A stretch of DNA of 64,000 bases from an uncultured Bacilli bacterium (lineage in GTDB: Bacteria > Bacillota_I > Bacilli_A > RF39 > UBA660): positions 108,562 to 172,561 of the forward strand of contig CAKOHH010000001.1 in the NCBI GenBank assembly GCA_934085675.1. The letters run 5' to 3'. A model generated the notes under the pieces. The model was given only the letters and a program-made list of their open reading frames with translations, searched no databases and was not told where the DNA came from. The translations under genes and the position numbers were made by a program. Within the stretch, counting starts at the first letter, position 1. Every line of letters starts with the position of its first letter. Positions 38,996-47,932 of the stretch are shown one piece after another.

Positions 38996-40588
38996 TTAAC
39001 CAATCGTATACGGATTTTCAGGAGTGCCTTCCCCACTTAAAATCTTTGTAGTGGATAAAAGATATACTGAAGGACGGATCAAACCATCATCGGCCGCGTC
39101 ACCGTTGTCGACACGACCAGAAACAGTGACAACGAATATAAGGTCTGCACTTGGAAAATCAGAACCTGGAGAATAGCCAACGGGAGAAATAGTATGCTGC
39201 ATTGTGCTTGAATTATAAAGCCAATCATTATTTTTGCAATCATCATAAGAAGTATCATGCCAGTCATTTAAAGGTTTCCATAAACATTTTGATCTGTCGA
39301 TGGTACTTCCACCACTTGTGGCATAGCCATAGTCACTTGGATACATTAAGCCTATTTGGCCTTCCCACGTCGTTGTTCTTTCGACTGTATCATTACAATA
39401 ATCCCCTGTCGTACATATCTTTCCTGTATCGCTACTTCTTTCATACCTATAAAATTGATTAGCCTGACCTCCATCTAAATCAGTAATATAAGGTGATTGC
39501 CAACTGTTTGTACCATTGCTTCCGGTATTCCATAAAGTGTTTCCTACTAAATTTTTTAAATTTGGTTTTAAGCCAGTTGTAGTAAAATCACAGGCTTCTG
39601 TTTTATTCTTCCAATAAGAATAGCAGTTTCCTGAACTATTATTATAATACAATGAACCGCCAACACTTTCACTTTCATAGCCATGATTTAAAAGTTTCAT
39701 TAAATCAGCCTGACTCCATTCATTGACACCAAAACCTTCATTTACTGATGACTCTGAAGAGTCCCATGAATATTCTCCAATGGCTTCATTTCTTATTAAT
39801 TTTAATCTTGATTCTTTTTCGCCTGTGCCATCATCTATGTTATTCATAGCACCTATAATACGCCAGTACTCATTATCTATTTTGACATAGTTACAAGGAT
39901 TTTTCCCAACATATCTTAAGTTGTTATCACTTGTAAGATCATAGGCTAAGGTGTAAGTACATGTATCACTTGTTTTATCTGGAACAGTATAGACATCTTC
40001 TGAAGAAGCACTGGCCTTTGACGCTAAATCTTTAATAACATCTACGGCTGTAATAATGTGATAACTTGCTGTAACGGTTATTTTGCCTTCAAAACTTTTA
40101 TTCATTGTTTCATTTGGAGCAAAATAGTCAAGCCATATATTTAAGGCATAACTTTTTGTTTCTTTGGCGTTTAAAGTGCCTGTTTCTAGCATTCTTGAAT
40201 CTGTCGCATTAGACAATGTTTTGGTAACTGCCGTGTTACTACCTAAAACGCTTGTGGTATTATTTAGTTTTACTATAAGATAATTAATATCTAAAGTAGA
40301 ACCTGTTAGGGTTTCTAAATTAATTTGATATTTTGCGGCATCATTACATTCGTTTTTTAAAGTAAAAGTATAAGGGGTTAATTTTTCACCTTCCTCATCT
40401 TCCATCGGATATGTTTTTTGTAAATTTATGGCATCTCCTTCTGTAAAAGTGATATTTAAACATTTCGTACTCATTACGTTTTTACTGTCTTGATTTAAAT
40501 TCAAAAGCCAATAGGCATAAGACATACCAATTGATACACTCAAAACAAGTAAAATAATAATTACAATCAAAATCACTTTCTTTTTCAT
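38996..40588 (-). CDS. Secreted variable surface/exoprotein, family B, paralog 1
   Basis: Signal peptide MKKKVILIVIIILLVLSVSIGMSYA-YWLLNL. N-module KLTPYTFTLKNEC. Core CNYVKIDNEYWRIIGAMNNIDDGTG. Tail RPSVYLLSTTKILSGEGTPENPYTIG. 69% identical to 54957-56585 over the C-terminal part. Confidence 0.7.
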   Translation of the reverse strand: MKKKVILIVIIILLVLSVSIGMSYAYWLLNLNQDSKNVMSTKCLNITFTEGDAINLQKTYPMEDEEGEKLTPYTFTLKNECNDAAKYQINLETLTGSTLDINYLIVKLNNTTSVLGSNTAVTKTLSNATDSRMLETGTLNAKETKSYALNIWLDYFAPNETMNKSFEGKITVTASYHIITAVDVIKDLASKASASSEDVYTVPDKTSDTCTYTLAYDLTSDNNLRYVGKNPCNYVKIDNEYWRIIGAMNNIDDGTGEKESRLKLIRNEAIGEYSWDSSESSVNEGFGVNEWSQADLMKLLNHGYESESVGGSLYYNNSSGNCYSYWKNKTEACDFTTTGLKPNLKNLVGNTLWNTGSNGTNSWQSPYITDLDGGQANQFYRYERSSDTGKICTTGDYCNDTVERTTTWEGQIGLMYPSDYGYATSGGSTIDRSKCLWKPLNDWHDTSYDDCKNNDWLYNSSTMQHTISPVGYSPGSDFPSADLIFVVTVSGRVDNGDAADDGLIRPSVYLLSTTKILSGEGTPENPYTIG

Positions 40589-40663
40589 AAATAAACTCTC
40601 CTACCCTACTATTTATTACATTTAAATTTTAACACATTACCGCACGTCTTAGCAACTAGATAT

Positions 40664-40726
40664 TTTGGAAATATTTTTCCAGAACTACACTAAATCTTCA
40701 AGTTTTGGAAATATTTTTCCAAAACT
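40664..40726 (-). promoter_or_regulatory. Two copies of a palindromic operator-like site TTTTGGAAAtATTTTTCCAaAACT, 39 bp apart, upstream of the family-B gene
   Basis: Copies at 40664-40687 and 40703-40726. Each is an inverted repeat GGAAAAATATTTCC. Confidence 0.45.
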
Positions 40727-40891
40727 CACAAAAAGCAGCAACTTTTAAAACAGCATAATTTTACATAAAAAAATTGCTTCTATATTAAGAAACAAGATTT
40801 TTAATAATTTATTTAATTCAACCTGTATAATAAATCATCATATCGTTATTATTTTCATGTTATTCTCCATTTTGCGTGTTCTAAAAAAGTA

Positions 40892-43039
40892 TCAAGCTTC
40901 TAAAGTGATTTCTAAAGTCATATTAGTAACATCAATCACCGTGTTAACCGGAATGTTTGTTTGTTTTACTTTACCATAACCCGTTAATTTATAAGGTAAG
41001 TTTATGAGTTCACAAAATCTTATAATTTCATTTGTACTCCAACCTGTTACATCAGGCATAGTATAAGTTTTATCATTCGTAAGTAAGAATACTTTAGAAC
41101 CTGTAATTGTTTTAGTATTGGCTAAAGGATACTGATTAATAATATATTTGCCATTTCCTAAAGTAATGGGATTTAAACCTAATTTTTTAATTTCTTCTTG
41201 AACAACACTAGTTTCTTTACTTAAGTACTGTGTAACAGTTACAATTTTGTTATGGTCCACATCATTTTGTTCATTAGTAACACTTAAAATATTAGCGATA
41301 TCTTTAACAGCGTTGGCAATGGTACTTGTAATTTTAGTCGAAGATGCTGTTGATTTTTTTGCTACAAAATAAACAACATACTCTGGGTCTTCATAAGGAA
41401 ATAGGCCTAAGAAAGATTTAATATAATCATATGTACCCGTTTGATATCCTCCTGTTGATGACGCTATCTGGGCCGTTCCGGTTTTACCAATTAAAGTAAC
41501 ATTAGAAGGGGCATAGCCTTTATTATAATCAAAACCGTTATAAACAACATTATACATAAGCTGTTTCATTCTATTAATAGATTCAGTACTTGCTACTTTA
41601 CCTACTTCTGCTTTTTTAGCCTCATAAACAGTGTTTTTGTTTTCATCAACAATTTTATCAACAATATAAGGTTTTAACATCACGCCATCATTAGCAAAAA
41701 TTGTCATGGCTTGAAGAAGTTGAATAGGCGTTACTAAGACACCTTGGCCAAAAGATGCATTCGCAAGTTCAGATTCATAAGTGATATCAACTAAGCCATC
41801 GGATTCAGCAGGAAGGGTAATACCTGTTTTATGGCCAAAACCTAAAGTATCATAAAAATCACTTAATTTGGCTGCGCCTAGTTTAAGACCTAAATTAGTT
41901 GCGGCAACATTAGAAGAATACGCAAAACCTGTGTCATAAGTAATATCGCCCCATCCAACGGTGTTAAAGTCTTTAATCTTAGTTTTACCATCACTTAAAG
42001 TAATAGAACCAGATCTAAATTTATCCTCTCCGTTATATAAGCCGTTTTCTAAAGATGCTAGCCAAGAAAATATTTTCATGGTACTACCTGGTTCGTAAGC
42101 ATAACCAACCAAAGGACTCATGTAATTATTTAAACCTTCTAAGGTATTTGGGTTAAAGTTTGGATTAGAGGCACTTCCGACAATCGCCCCTGTTTTAGCA
42201 TTCATCACCGTGAAACTAGCCCAATCTAAAGTCGTATCTTTAGAAAAACCGGCAATCGCATTTTCCAAAATATTTTGCACATCACTATTTAAAGTTAAAT
42301 AAATGTCATTACCACTTTTAGCCTCAATTCCTTGAGCCTCACTAGTAGGCATTTTATAGCCATACGCATCTTTTTCATATTCGGTATAACCATTAGTACC
42401 TTTTAGCTCATTATTAAAGTAACTTTCAACACCCATTTCACCAGTTATTTCCCCATCGTCATTACTTCTAGCATAGCCAAGAATATATGACGCCCAAGAA
42501 GAATTAATATATTGTCTTCTTTTAGCTAACGTTTCAAAAATAATACCTGGTAAGTTTTCCTTTAACAATGCTTGTCTTTCATCTTCACTAATTTTACCCC
42601 AGATACCTAACTCTACTTGATATAAATTTTGACTAAAATAACCTTTTAAATCACTTTGACATTTAGTTTTATTTTCGTCTGTTGAGGCAACAACATTACA
42701 AATCTTCGTAGCGGTTTGTTCTTTATCTACCACATGCATGGGATTTTCCATATCTGTTGTTCTAGAAGGAGATAAAATAGCAATAATTTTATAAGAATTG
42801 GTGTTTTTAGCTAGGGGTTTGCCATCCACATCATAAATAATACCCCGACTGGCATATAAAGTTTCTTTAGTTGTATTACGATTACTTGCAAACTCAGTCA
42901 AATTAATACCATCTACTTTAGGACTTAAAACGACATAGGAAAGTTTAAGAATAATAACAAGAAAAAAAAGGCCCACAATGAGTATCGTAATCTTTACATT
43001 TAAATTGCTTTTTCTTTTATACTTGCCGCCTTTTTTCAC
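40892..43039 (-). CDS. pbpB: Penicillin-binding protein 2B-like (class B transpeptidase, FtsI family) with C-terminal PASTA domains
   Basis: N-terminal TM; SxxK (STMK), SSN and KTGT motifs; two PASTA-like repeats. Located in the mra/dcw cluster. Confidence 0.85.
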   Translation of the reverse strand: MKKGGKYKRKSNLNVKITILIVGLFFLVIILKLSYVVLSPKVDGINLTEFASNRNTTKETLYASRGIIYDVDGKPLAKNTNSYKIIAILSPSRTTDMENPMHVVDKEQTATKICNVVASTDENKTKCQSDLKGYFSQNLYQVELGIWGKISEDERQALLKENLPGIIFETLAKRRQYINSSWASYILGYARSNDDGEITGEMGVESYFNNELKGTNGYTEYEKDAYGYKMPTSEAQGIEAKSGNDIYLTLNSDVQNILENAIAGFSKDTTLDWASFTVMNAKTGAIVGSASNPNFNPNTLEGLNNYMSPLVGYAYEPGSTMKIFSWLASLENGLYNGEDKFRSGSITLSDGKTKIKDFNTVGWGDITYDTGFAYSSNVAATNLGLKLGAAKLSDFYDTLGFGHKTGITLPAESDGLVDITYESELANASFGQGVLVTPIQLLQAMTIFANDGVMLKPYIVDKIVDENKNTVYEAKKAEVGKVASTESINRMKQLMYNVVYNGFDYNKGYAPSNVTLIGKTGTAQIASSTGGYQTGTYDYIKSFLGLFPYEDPEYVVYFVAKKSTASSTKITSTIANAVKDIANILSVTNEQNDVDHNKIVTVTQYLSKETSVVQEEIKKLGLNPITLGNGKYIINQYPLANTKTITGSKVFLLTNDKTYTMPDVTGWSTNEIIRFCELINLPYKLTGYGKVKQTNIPVNTVIDVTNMTLEITLEA

Positions 43040-43051
43040 AAGATACCCCTC

Positions 43052-43348
43052 CTATTCATCAATATTCTTGATGTTATTGTTATTATAAGTCATGCCCTTT
43101 TCTTGGGCTACCTCTTGTATTTTATCTAAGCTGGCTAATTCATCCACTTGCATACTTAATGATTCATTAATGCCTTCTTGTTCATTAATTTGATTTTTTA
43201 ACTTTTCTAATTCAATATTAGATTCTGATAAAATGGCTTTTGTAAAAACCGTAGAAAGAGGAAACATCAAAATCGTCAAAAGAAGAAAAATCGTCATTAT
43301 TTTTTCACCTTTTAATAATTTTATCATTTTCTTTTTTTGTTTACTCAT
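43052..43348 (-). CDS. ftsL: Cell division protein FtsL
   Basis: 98 aa, single TM then a coiled coil. Sits between rsmH and the pbp gene. Confidence 0.7.
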   Translation of the reverse strand: MSKQKKKMIKLLKGEKIMTIFLLLTILMFPLSTVFTKAILSESNIELEKLKNQINEQEGINESLSMQVDELASLDKIQEVAQEKGMTYNNNNIKNIDE

Positions 43349-44270
43349 AATTTATCCTTTCTGCCACTCTTAACTTAGCACTTTTACTACGAGTATTTTC
43401 TTCTAGTTCTTTTTGACTAGGCAAAATAGGCTTTTTTGTAATTACTTTTATTTTAGGAAGATATTCTTTAGGAATATTAGGTAATCCTTTTACCATATCA
43501 TCTACTTCACTATACTTTTTAAAAGTTTGTTTAGTTATACGATCTTCTAAAGAATGAAAAGTAACTACCACTAATCTTCCTTTATCCTTTAATAAATCAA
43601 TAGCATCTGGTAAAACTTGTTCTAAACCTGTTAATTCTTCATTCACTTCAATACGAATAGCCTGAAAAATATTACGTTCAGGATGTGTTTTATAAAAATA
43701 GTTTTCGCCAACTGCTTTTTTGATACAATCTACTAATTCTTTCGTTGTTGTAATTGCTTTTTTCTCTCTTTCATTCACAATTTCTTTAGCAATAAAAGGA
43801 CTTTTCTTTTCTTCGCCATATTTATAAAAAAGCATTTTTAATTCTTCATAAGAATAATTATTTACAATATCTTTGGCTGTTATTTTATCTTCTTGATTCA
43901 TTCGCATATCAAGTGTTTCATCTCTCATGAAACTAAAGCCGCGATTTTCATCTAACTGGGGAGAAGATACTCCAAGGTCAAACAAAATACCATCTACTTT
44001 AGTAATGCCATATTCTTGTAAACGTTCTTTCATATTGACATATTTATCATGAATAATAGTAAAATTATCGCCAATTTGGGATAATTTTTCCTGACTATAT
44101 AAACAAGCCTCGCTATCTCTATCAAAGGCGAATAAATGCCCCTTTTTGATTCTTTTTAAAATTTCACTAGAATCTCCTGCATAACCTAAAGTAGCATCCA
44201 CATAGATACCATCTTCTAAAATATTTAAATTGGCAATTGATTCTTCTTTTAAAACTGTATAATGTTTCAT
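43341..44270 (-). CDS. rsmH: 16S rRNA (cytosine1402-N4)-methyltransferase RsmH (MraW)
   Basis: HYTVLKEE...DATLGYAG...FDLGVSSPQLD motifs. Confidence 0.9.
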   Translation of the reverse strand: MKHYTVLKEESIANLNILEDGIYVDATLGYAGDSSEILKRIKKGHLFAFDRDSEACLYSQEKLSQIGDNFTIIHDKYVNMKERLQEYGITKVDGILFDLGVSSPQLDENRGFSFMRDETLDMRMNQEDKITAKDIVNNYSYEELKMLFYKYGEEKKSPFIAKEIVNEREKKAITTTKELVDCIKKAVGENYFYKTHPERNIFQAIRIEVNEELTGLEQVLPDAIDLLKDKGRLVVVTFHSLEDRITKQTFKKYSEVDDMVKGLPNIPKEYLPKIKVITKKPILPSQKELEENTRSKSAKLRVAERINYE

Positions 44271-44709
44271 AGATTCTCACATCCATATATATTAAAAAAT
44301 ATTTTTAAATATTGTTGGGGTGCTGTCCAAAAGAAGGGAACAGTAACTTCATTTTAGACTAACACCGCCCTAAAACAGCGCATAAGAAAAGCAAACCTGC
44401 TTTTTCTTATTAAAGGGTAAAATGTATTTAAAACTATCCTTTGCCAAACTTTTGAAAGAGTAAGTATAAAAGCAAAGATAGTATTAGAAGACAAACATAC
44501 TTCTTAAAACATCGCGAAAGTTTAACCGAAGGACTAACTGCGTCTATCTTTTCTACTACCACTTTTCATCACTGTTCACATATAGATTACTAGATTTTTA
44601 AAGTGTTGTAAAGTAAATAGTGTGAAAATAAAGCAAACTTTACATAGTTTTAAATATTCGTATTTAAAATTTATAAAAAGTTCTATATAATAATTTTGGT
44701 GGTGATGTT

Positions 44710-46359
44710 ATGAAAAAGAAGAAATATTTTCTTTTAGTTTTAATCTTTCTTTCTTTTATTATGTTTTTTTATTTTAATCAAAAGAAAGGGTTTCATGAAG
44801 ATGAAATTTATTCTTATGGTTCTTCTAATTATAAATATGATAATATTTATAAAAGTTATGGTTATACCAGTAAGGAATTAGATTATTTTTGGAATGTTAC
44901 TTTCAAAGGCAATTTGTTTAACCGTGTTGGTAATTCTTTAGATTTTCTTTTAAATATGAATAAAAAAGATTTTTCTTATCGTGAAGATTTAACTAAGAAA
45001 GAACCTATTTTAAAAACGAAAGAAGACGCAAATGAATATTTAAGTATTCAAAAAGAAGACCTTGGAAACTATTTTAGTGTGTGGCTTAACCAAGCCATTG
45101 ATGTTCACCCTCCTTTATTTTACTTTTGTCTTCATTTTTTCTCTATCTTTTCTTTTAATCATTTTTCGAAAATCGTTGGCTTTGCTTTAAATTTACTCTT
45201 TTTCATTTTAACTCTTATTGGCATGAAAAAAATCTTAACTTTAGAGGGCAAAGACGAATTTTCTTTACCCGCGATTATTTTTTATGGTATGAGTATGGCT
45301 GCTATAAGTACAGTTATGTTTCAAAGAATGTATATGATGCTTACATGTTTTACAGTGTGGTATCTTTATTATTTATGGAAATTTACAAAAGAAGATTTAA
45401 GTAAAAAAGACAAAAGAATTTTTAGTCTCATTATTACAGGTGGCTTTTTAACTCAATATTATTTTTGTATTTATGTCGTTACTTCTTTTATCACTTATGT
45501 CATTTTAAATTGGCCTGATAAAAGGAAAATAAAAGACCTTTTTCTAATTCATTTTAAAGGAGCTATACTAGGACTTATTCTTTATCCTGTCGCGATTTAC
45601 CAAGTTTTATTTTCTTCACGAGGTATTGTTGGTCATGAAAATATTGCTAAAACATATTTAGAAATGCTTACCTACTTCATTCAAAATATTTTTTCAAAAT
45701 TAAATTTGAATATTATTTTAACTGTTATCTTAAGTATTGGCCTTGTTTATGTAGTTTGGAAAAAGAAATTGTTTAAGCAAAAAGAATTTCATTTACTTTT
45801 ACTACCTATCATTCTTTCTTTACTTATCATTTCTAAAATTTCCCCTTTTTTAGGTAATAGTTTTACATTCCGATATATAATGTTACTTTATCCTCTTATT
45901 GTTATTTTAATATTCTATATTTTAAGCTTTATTAAAAGTAAAAAACTTCCAGTGGTATTATTAGTAATCAGTATTTTACTAGGAGTATCAGGAATGATTT
46001 TAGAACGTCCAACTTACTTATATGAAGAGTATCAAGAGTCACTTGATATTGCCCAAAATAACAAAGATGATAATATCATTTATGTAGTTGATAACGATTT
46101 TACTTTTTTAAACGCTATGCCTGAATTCTTAATTTATAAAAAACATCTTATTATTGACATTAATGAAAATGATTTAGGACAAATAAAGGCTTTAAAAGAA
46201 GTTAGCCAAGACAATGAAGCAATCTTATGTATTAAAAGTTGGTTGGATACGGATAAAATTAAAGACGATATTTTAAACAATACAGATTTTACAAAGGCAG
46301 AACTTATCGCTGATGTTTCAAAAGATACCTTATCTACTTATTACAAATTAACAAAATAA
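44710..46359 (+). CDS. Polytopic membrane protein, GT-C-fold glycosyltransferase-like (ArnT/PMT family-like)
   Basis: 549 aa with more than 10 TM segments. N-terminal loop acidic motif HEDEIYSYG and a DVHPPLFYF motif, both reminiscent of GT39/GT83. Confidence 0.4.
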   Translation: MKKKKYFLLVLIFLSFIMFFYFNQKKGFHEDEIYSYGSSNYKYDNIYKSYGYTSKELDYFWNVTFKGNLFNRVGNSLDFLLNMNKKDFSYREDLTKKEPILKTKEDANEYLSIQKEDLGNYFSVWLNQAIDVHPPLFYFCLHFFSIFSFNHFSKIVGFALNLLFFILTLIGMKKILTLEGKDEFSLPAIIFYGMSMAAISTVMFQRMYMMLTCFTVWYLYYLWKFTKEDLSKKDKRIFSLIITGGFLTQYYFCIYVVTSFITYVILNWPDKRKIKDLFLIHFKGAILGLILYPVAIYQVLFSSRGIVGHENIAKTYLEMLTYFIQNIFSKLNLNIILTVILSIGLVYVVWKKKLFKQKEFHLLLLPIILSLLIISKISPFLGNSFTFRYIMLLYPLIVILIFYILSFIKSKKLPVVLLVISILLGVSGMILERPTYLYEEYQESLDIAQNNKDDNIIYVVDNDFTFLNAMPEFLIYKKHLIIDINENDLGQIKALKEVSQDNEAILCIKSWLDTDKIKDDILNNTDFTKAELIADVSKDTLSTYYKLTK

Positions 46360-46380
46360 GCCATGATATAAAATTAATAA

Positions 46381-46412
46381 AGAACAGAAGTAGTTAATTC
46401 CTGTTCTTTTTT
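46381..46412 (+). terminator. Rho-independent terminator (AGAACAG...CTGTTCT + T6)
   Basis: 7-bp stem, 13-nt loop, followed by a T run. Lies downstream of the 44710-46359 gene. Confidence 0.6.
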
Positions 46413-46432
46413 ATATTTAAGTTTTTTACTTT

Positions 46433-46472
46433 ATTGAACTTTTTTGCCGTTTCCGGCAGTTTTGTTCAATGA
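46433..46472. repeat. 40-bp palindromic repeat element, copy 1 (ATTGAAC-TTTTTT-GCCG-TTTC-CGGC-AGTTTTG-TTCAAT)
   Basis: Identical copies at 47764-47804 and 47841-47880. It is a nested hairpin with a GC core inside AT-rich arms. Confidence 0.8.
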
Positions 46473-46496
46473 AGTTGTATAAAAATTATTTTTATT

Positions 46497-47837
46497 TTAT
46501 AAATCTAAACTGTTTTTATTTAGCAAAAATTCTTGAATTCCGATTATTAAAATTCCTGCTTCATTTCTCCATAATTTAATGTTATCTTTAACAACAACAA
46601 TTTTTTTGAAATTATCATCAATATTATTTAAAGATTTAGTTTCCTGTAATGTTTTTTCAGGAGTATCTAAATTAAGCGCTGATTGAATATAATATCTCTT
46701 ATTTCCTTGATTGCATACAAAGTCAACTTCTAATTGCTTTCTAGTATCATCTTCTCTTACTTCAACAACTCCAACATCTACATTGTAGCCTCTAATTAAT
46801 AATTCATTATAAATGATATTCTCCATCAAGTGATTTTCTTCTTGTTGCCTGAAATTTAATTTTGCATTTCTTAAACCAATATCTGCAAAATAATATTTTT
46901 GAGGTGTTTGAATATATTTTTTACCCTTAACATCATATCTTTCTGCTTTTTCTATTAAAAAGGAATCTAATAAGTAATTCATATACGAAGTAATTGTATT
47001 TTTGGAAATATCAGTTATTCCATTACTAATAAAAGTATTATAAATTTTTTGAGGATTTGTTAATGAGCCTACTGATGAAGAAAGAATATTTATTAATGTA
47101 TCAAGCACATCTGGTTTATCTATATTATTTCTATCGATAATATCTTTTTTATATGTCAACTCATATAGACTTGTTAAATACTTACTTTTTTGTTCATCAG
47201 TGTGTTGTTTTAATATTAAAGGCATACCACCATACGTTATATATTCATTCCATGCTTCATATCTATCACCTTCATAAGCTTCAACAAATTCTGAAAATGA
47301 TAACGGAAATATTCTAATCTCATCTCCACGTCCTCTAAACTCAGTAATAATATCCGAAGAAAGAAATTTTGAATTACTTCCAGTCACATATACATCAACA
47401 TTTTTCTCATACAATAAACCATTTAATACAAATTCAAAACCATTTGCCAATTGAATTTCATCTATTAGTACATAATACATGTCATTGTCTTTAATTTGAG
47501 ATAAAATATATTCATTTAATAATTTTGAATCATGATATTTTCTATTTTCTTCTCTATCTAAAGCTAATTTAATAATGTGATCTTCTTTAGTTCCGTTTTC
47601 AATTAAATAATTATAGAAAATTATATTAAGCATATAGGATTTTCCACATCTTCTGATACCTGTTAGTATTTTAATTAATCCATTTCCTTTTCTTACAATT
47701 ATCTTGTTTAAATAGTCATTTCTTGCAATTATTTTTTCTTTCATAAAAATTTCTCCATTTCTCATTGAACTTTTTTGCCGTTTCCGGCAGTTTTGTTCAA
47801 TGACATTATATATTTTTTTTTTGAAATTTTCAAGCAA
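46497..47837 (-). CDS. AAA-family ATPase with DUF4143 C-terminal region ('ATP-binding protein'), paralog 1
   Basis: Walker A GIRRCGKS; approximately 400 aa core. The likely true start is the internal Met at ~47743 (MKEKIIARND, RBS GGAGAAAT). The annotated N-terminal extension reads through palindrome copy 2. Confidence 0.6.
   Translation of the reverse strand: MLENFKKKIYNVIEQNCRKRQKSSMRNGEIFMKEKIIARNDYLNKIIVRKGNGLIKILTGIRRCGKSYMLNIIFYNYLIENGTKEDHIIKLALDREENRKYHDSKLLNEYILSQIKDNDMYYVLIDEIQLANGFEFVLNGLLYEKNVDVYVTGSNSKFLSSDIITEFRGRGDEIRIFPLSFSEFVEAYEGDRYEAWNEYITYGGMPLILKQHTDEQKSKYLTSLYELTYKKDIIDRNNIDKPDVLDTLINILSSSVGSLTNPQKIYNTFISNGITDISKNTITSYMNYLLDSFLIEKAERYDVKGKKYIQTPQKYYFADIGLRNAKLNFRQQEENHLMENIIYNELLIRGYNVDVGVVEVREDDTRKQLEVDFVCNQGNKRYYIQSALNLDTPEKTLQETKSLNNIDDNFKKIVVVKDNIKLWRNEAGILIIGIQEFLLNKNSLDL
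47764..47804. repeat. 40-bp palindromic repeat element, copy 2
   Basis: Identical to the 46433-46472 copy. Confidence 0.8.
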
Positions 47838-47840
47838 TCC

Positions 47841-47880
47841 ATTGAACTTTTTTGCCGTTTCCGGCAGTTTTGTTCAATGA
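47841..47880. repeat. 40-bp palindromic repeat element, copy 3
   Basis: Identical to the 46433-46472 copy. Confidence 0.8.
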
Positions 47881-47932
47881 AATCATATAAAAACCTGTTT
47901 CAATACTTGAGAAACAGGATTCATATTTAAAA

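Noticed and set aside
40664-40726. CodY box interpretation of the GGAAAAATATTTCC palindromes
   Set aside because: The CodY consensus AATTTTCWGAAAATT has TTTTC…GAAAA half-sites, which is the opposite polarity to the GGAAA…TTTCC seen here.
47744-47837. Annotated N-terminal extension of the DUF4143 ATPase (MLENFKKKIYNVIEQNCRKRQKSSMRNGEIF)
   Set aside because: The extension is translated straight through palindrome copy 2. An internal Met with a good RBS (ggagaaatttttATG) at ~47743 is the more plausible start.
46433-47880. Could the 40-bp repeats be a CRISPR array or integron attC sites?
   Set aside because: There are only three copies with irregular spacing (1.3 kb and 37 bp). They are palindromic with no unique spacers, there are no cas genes or intI, and the GTTRRRY core site is absent.
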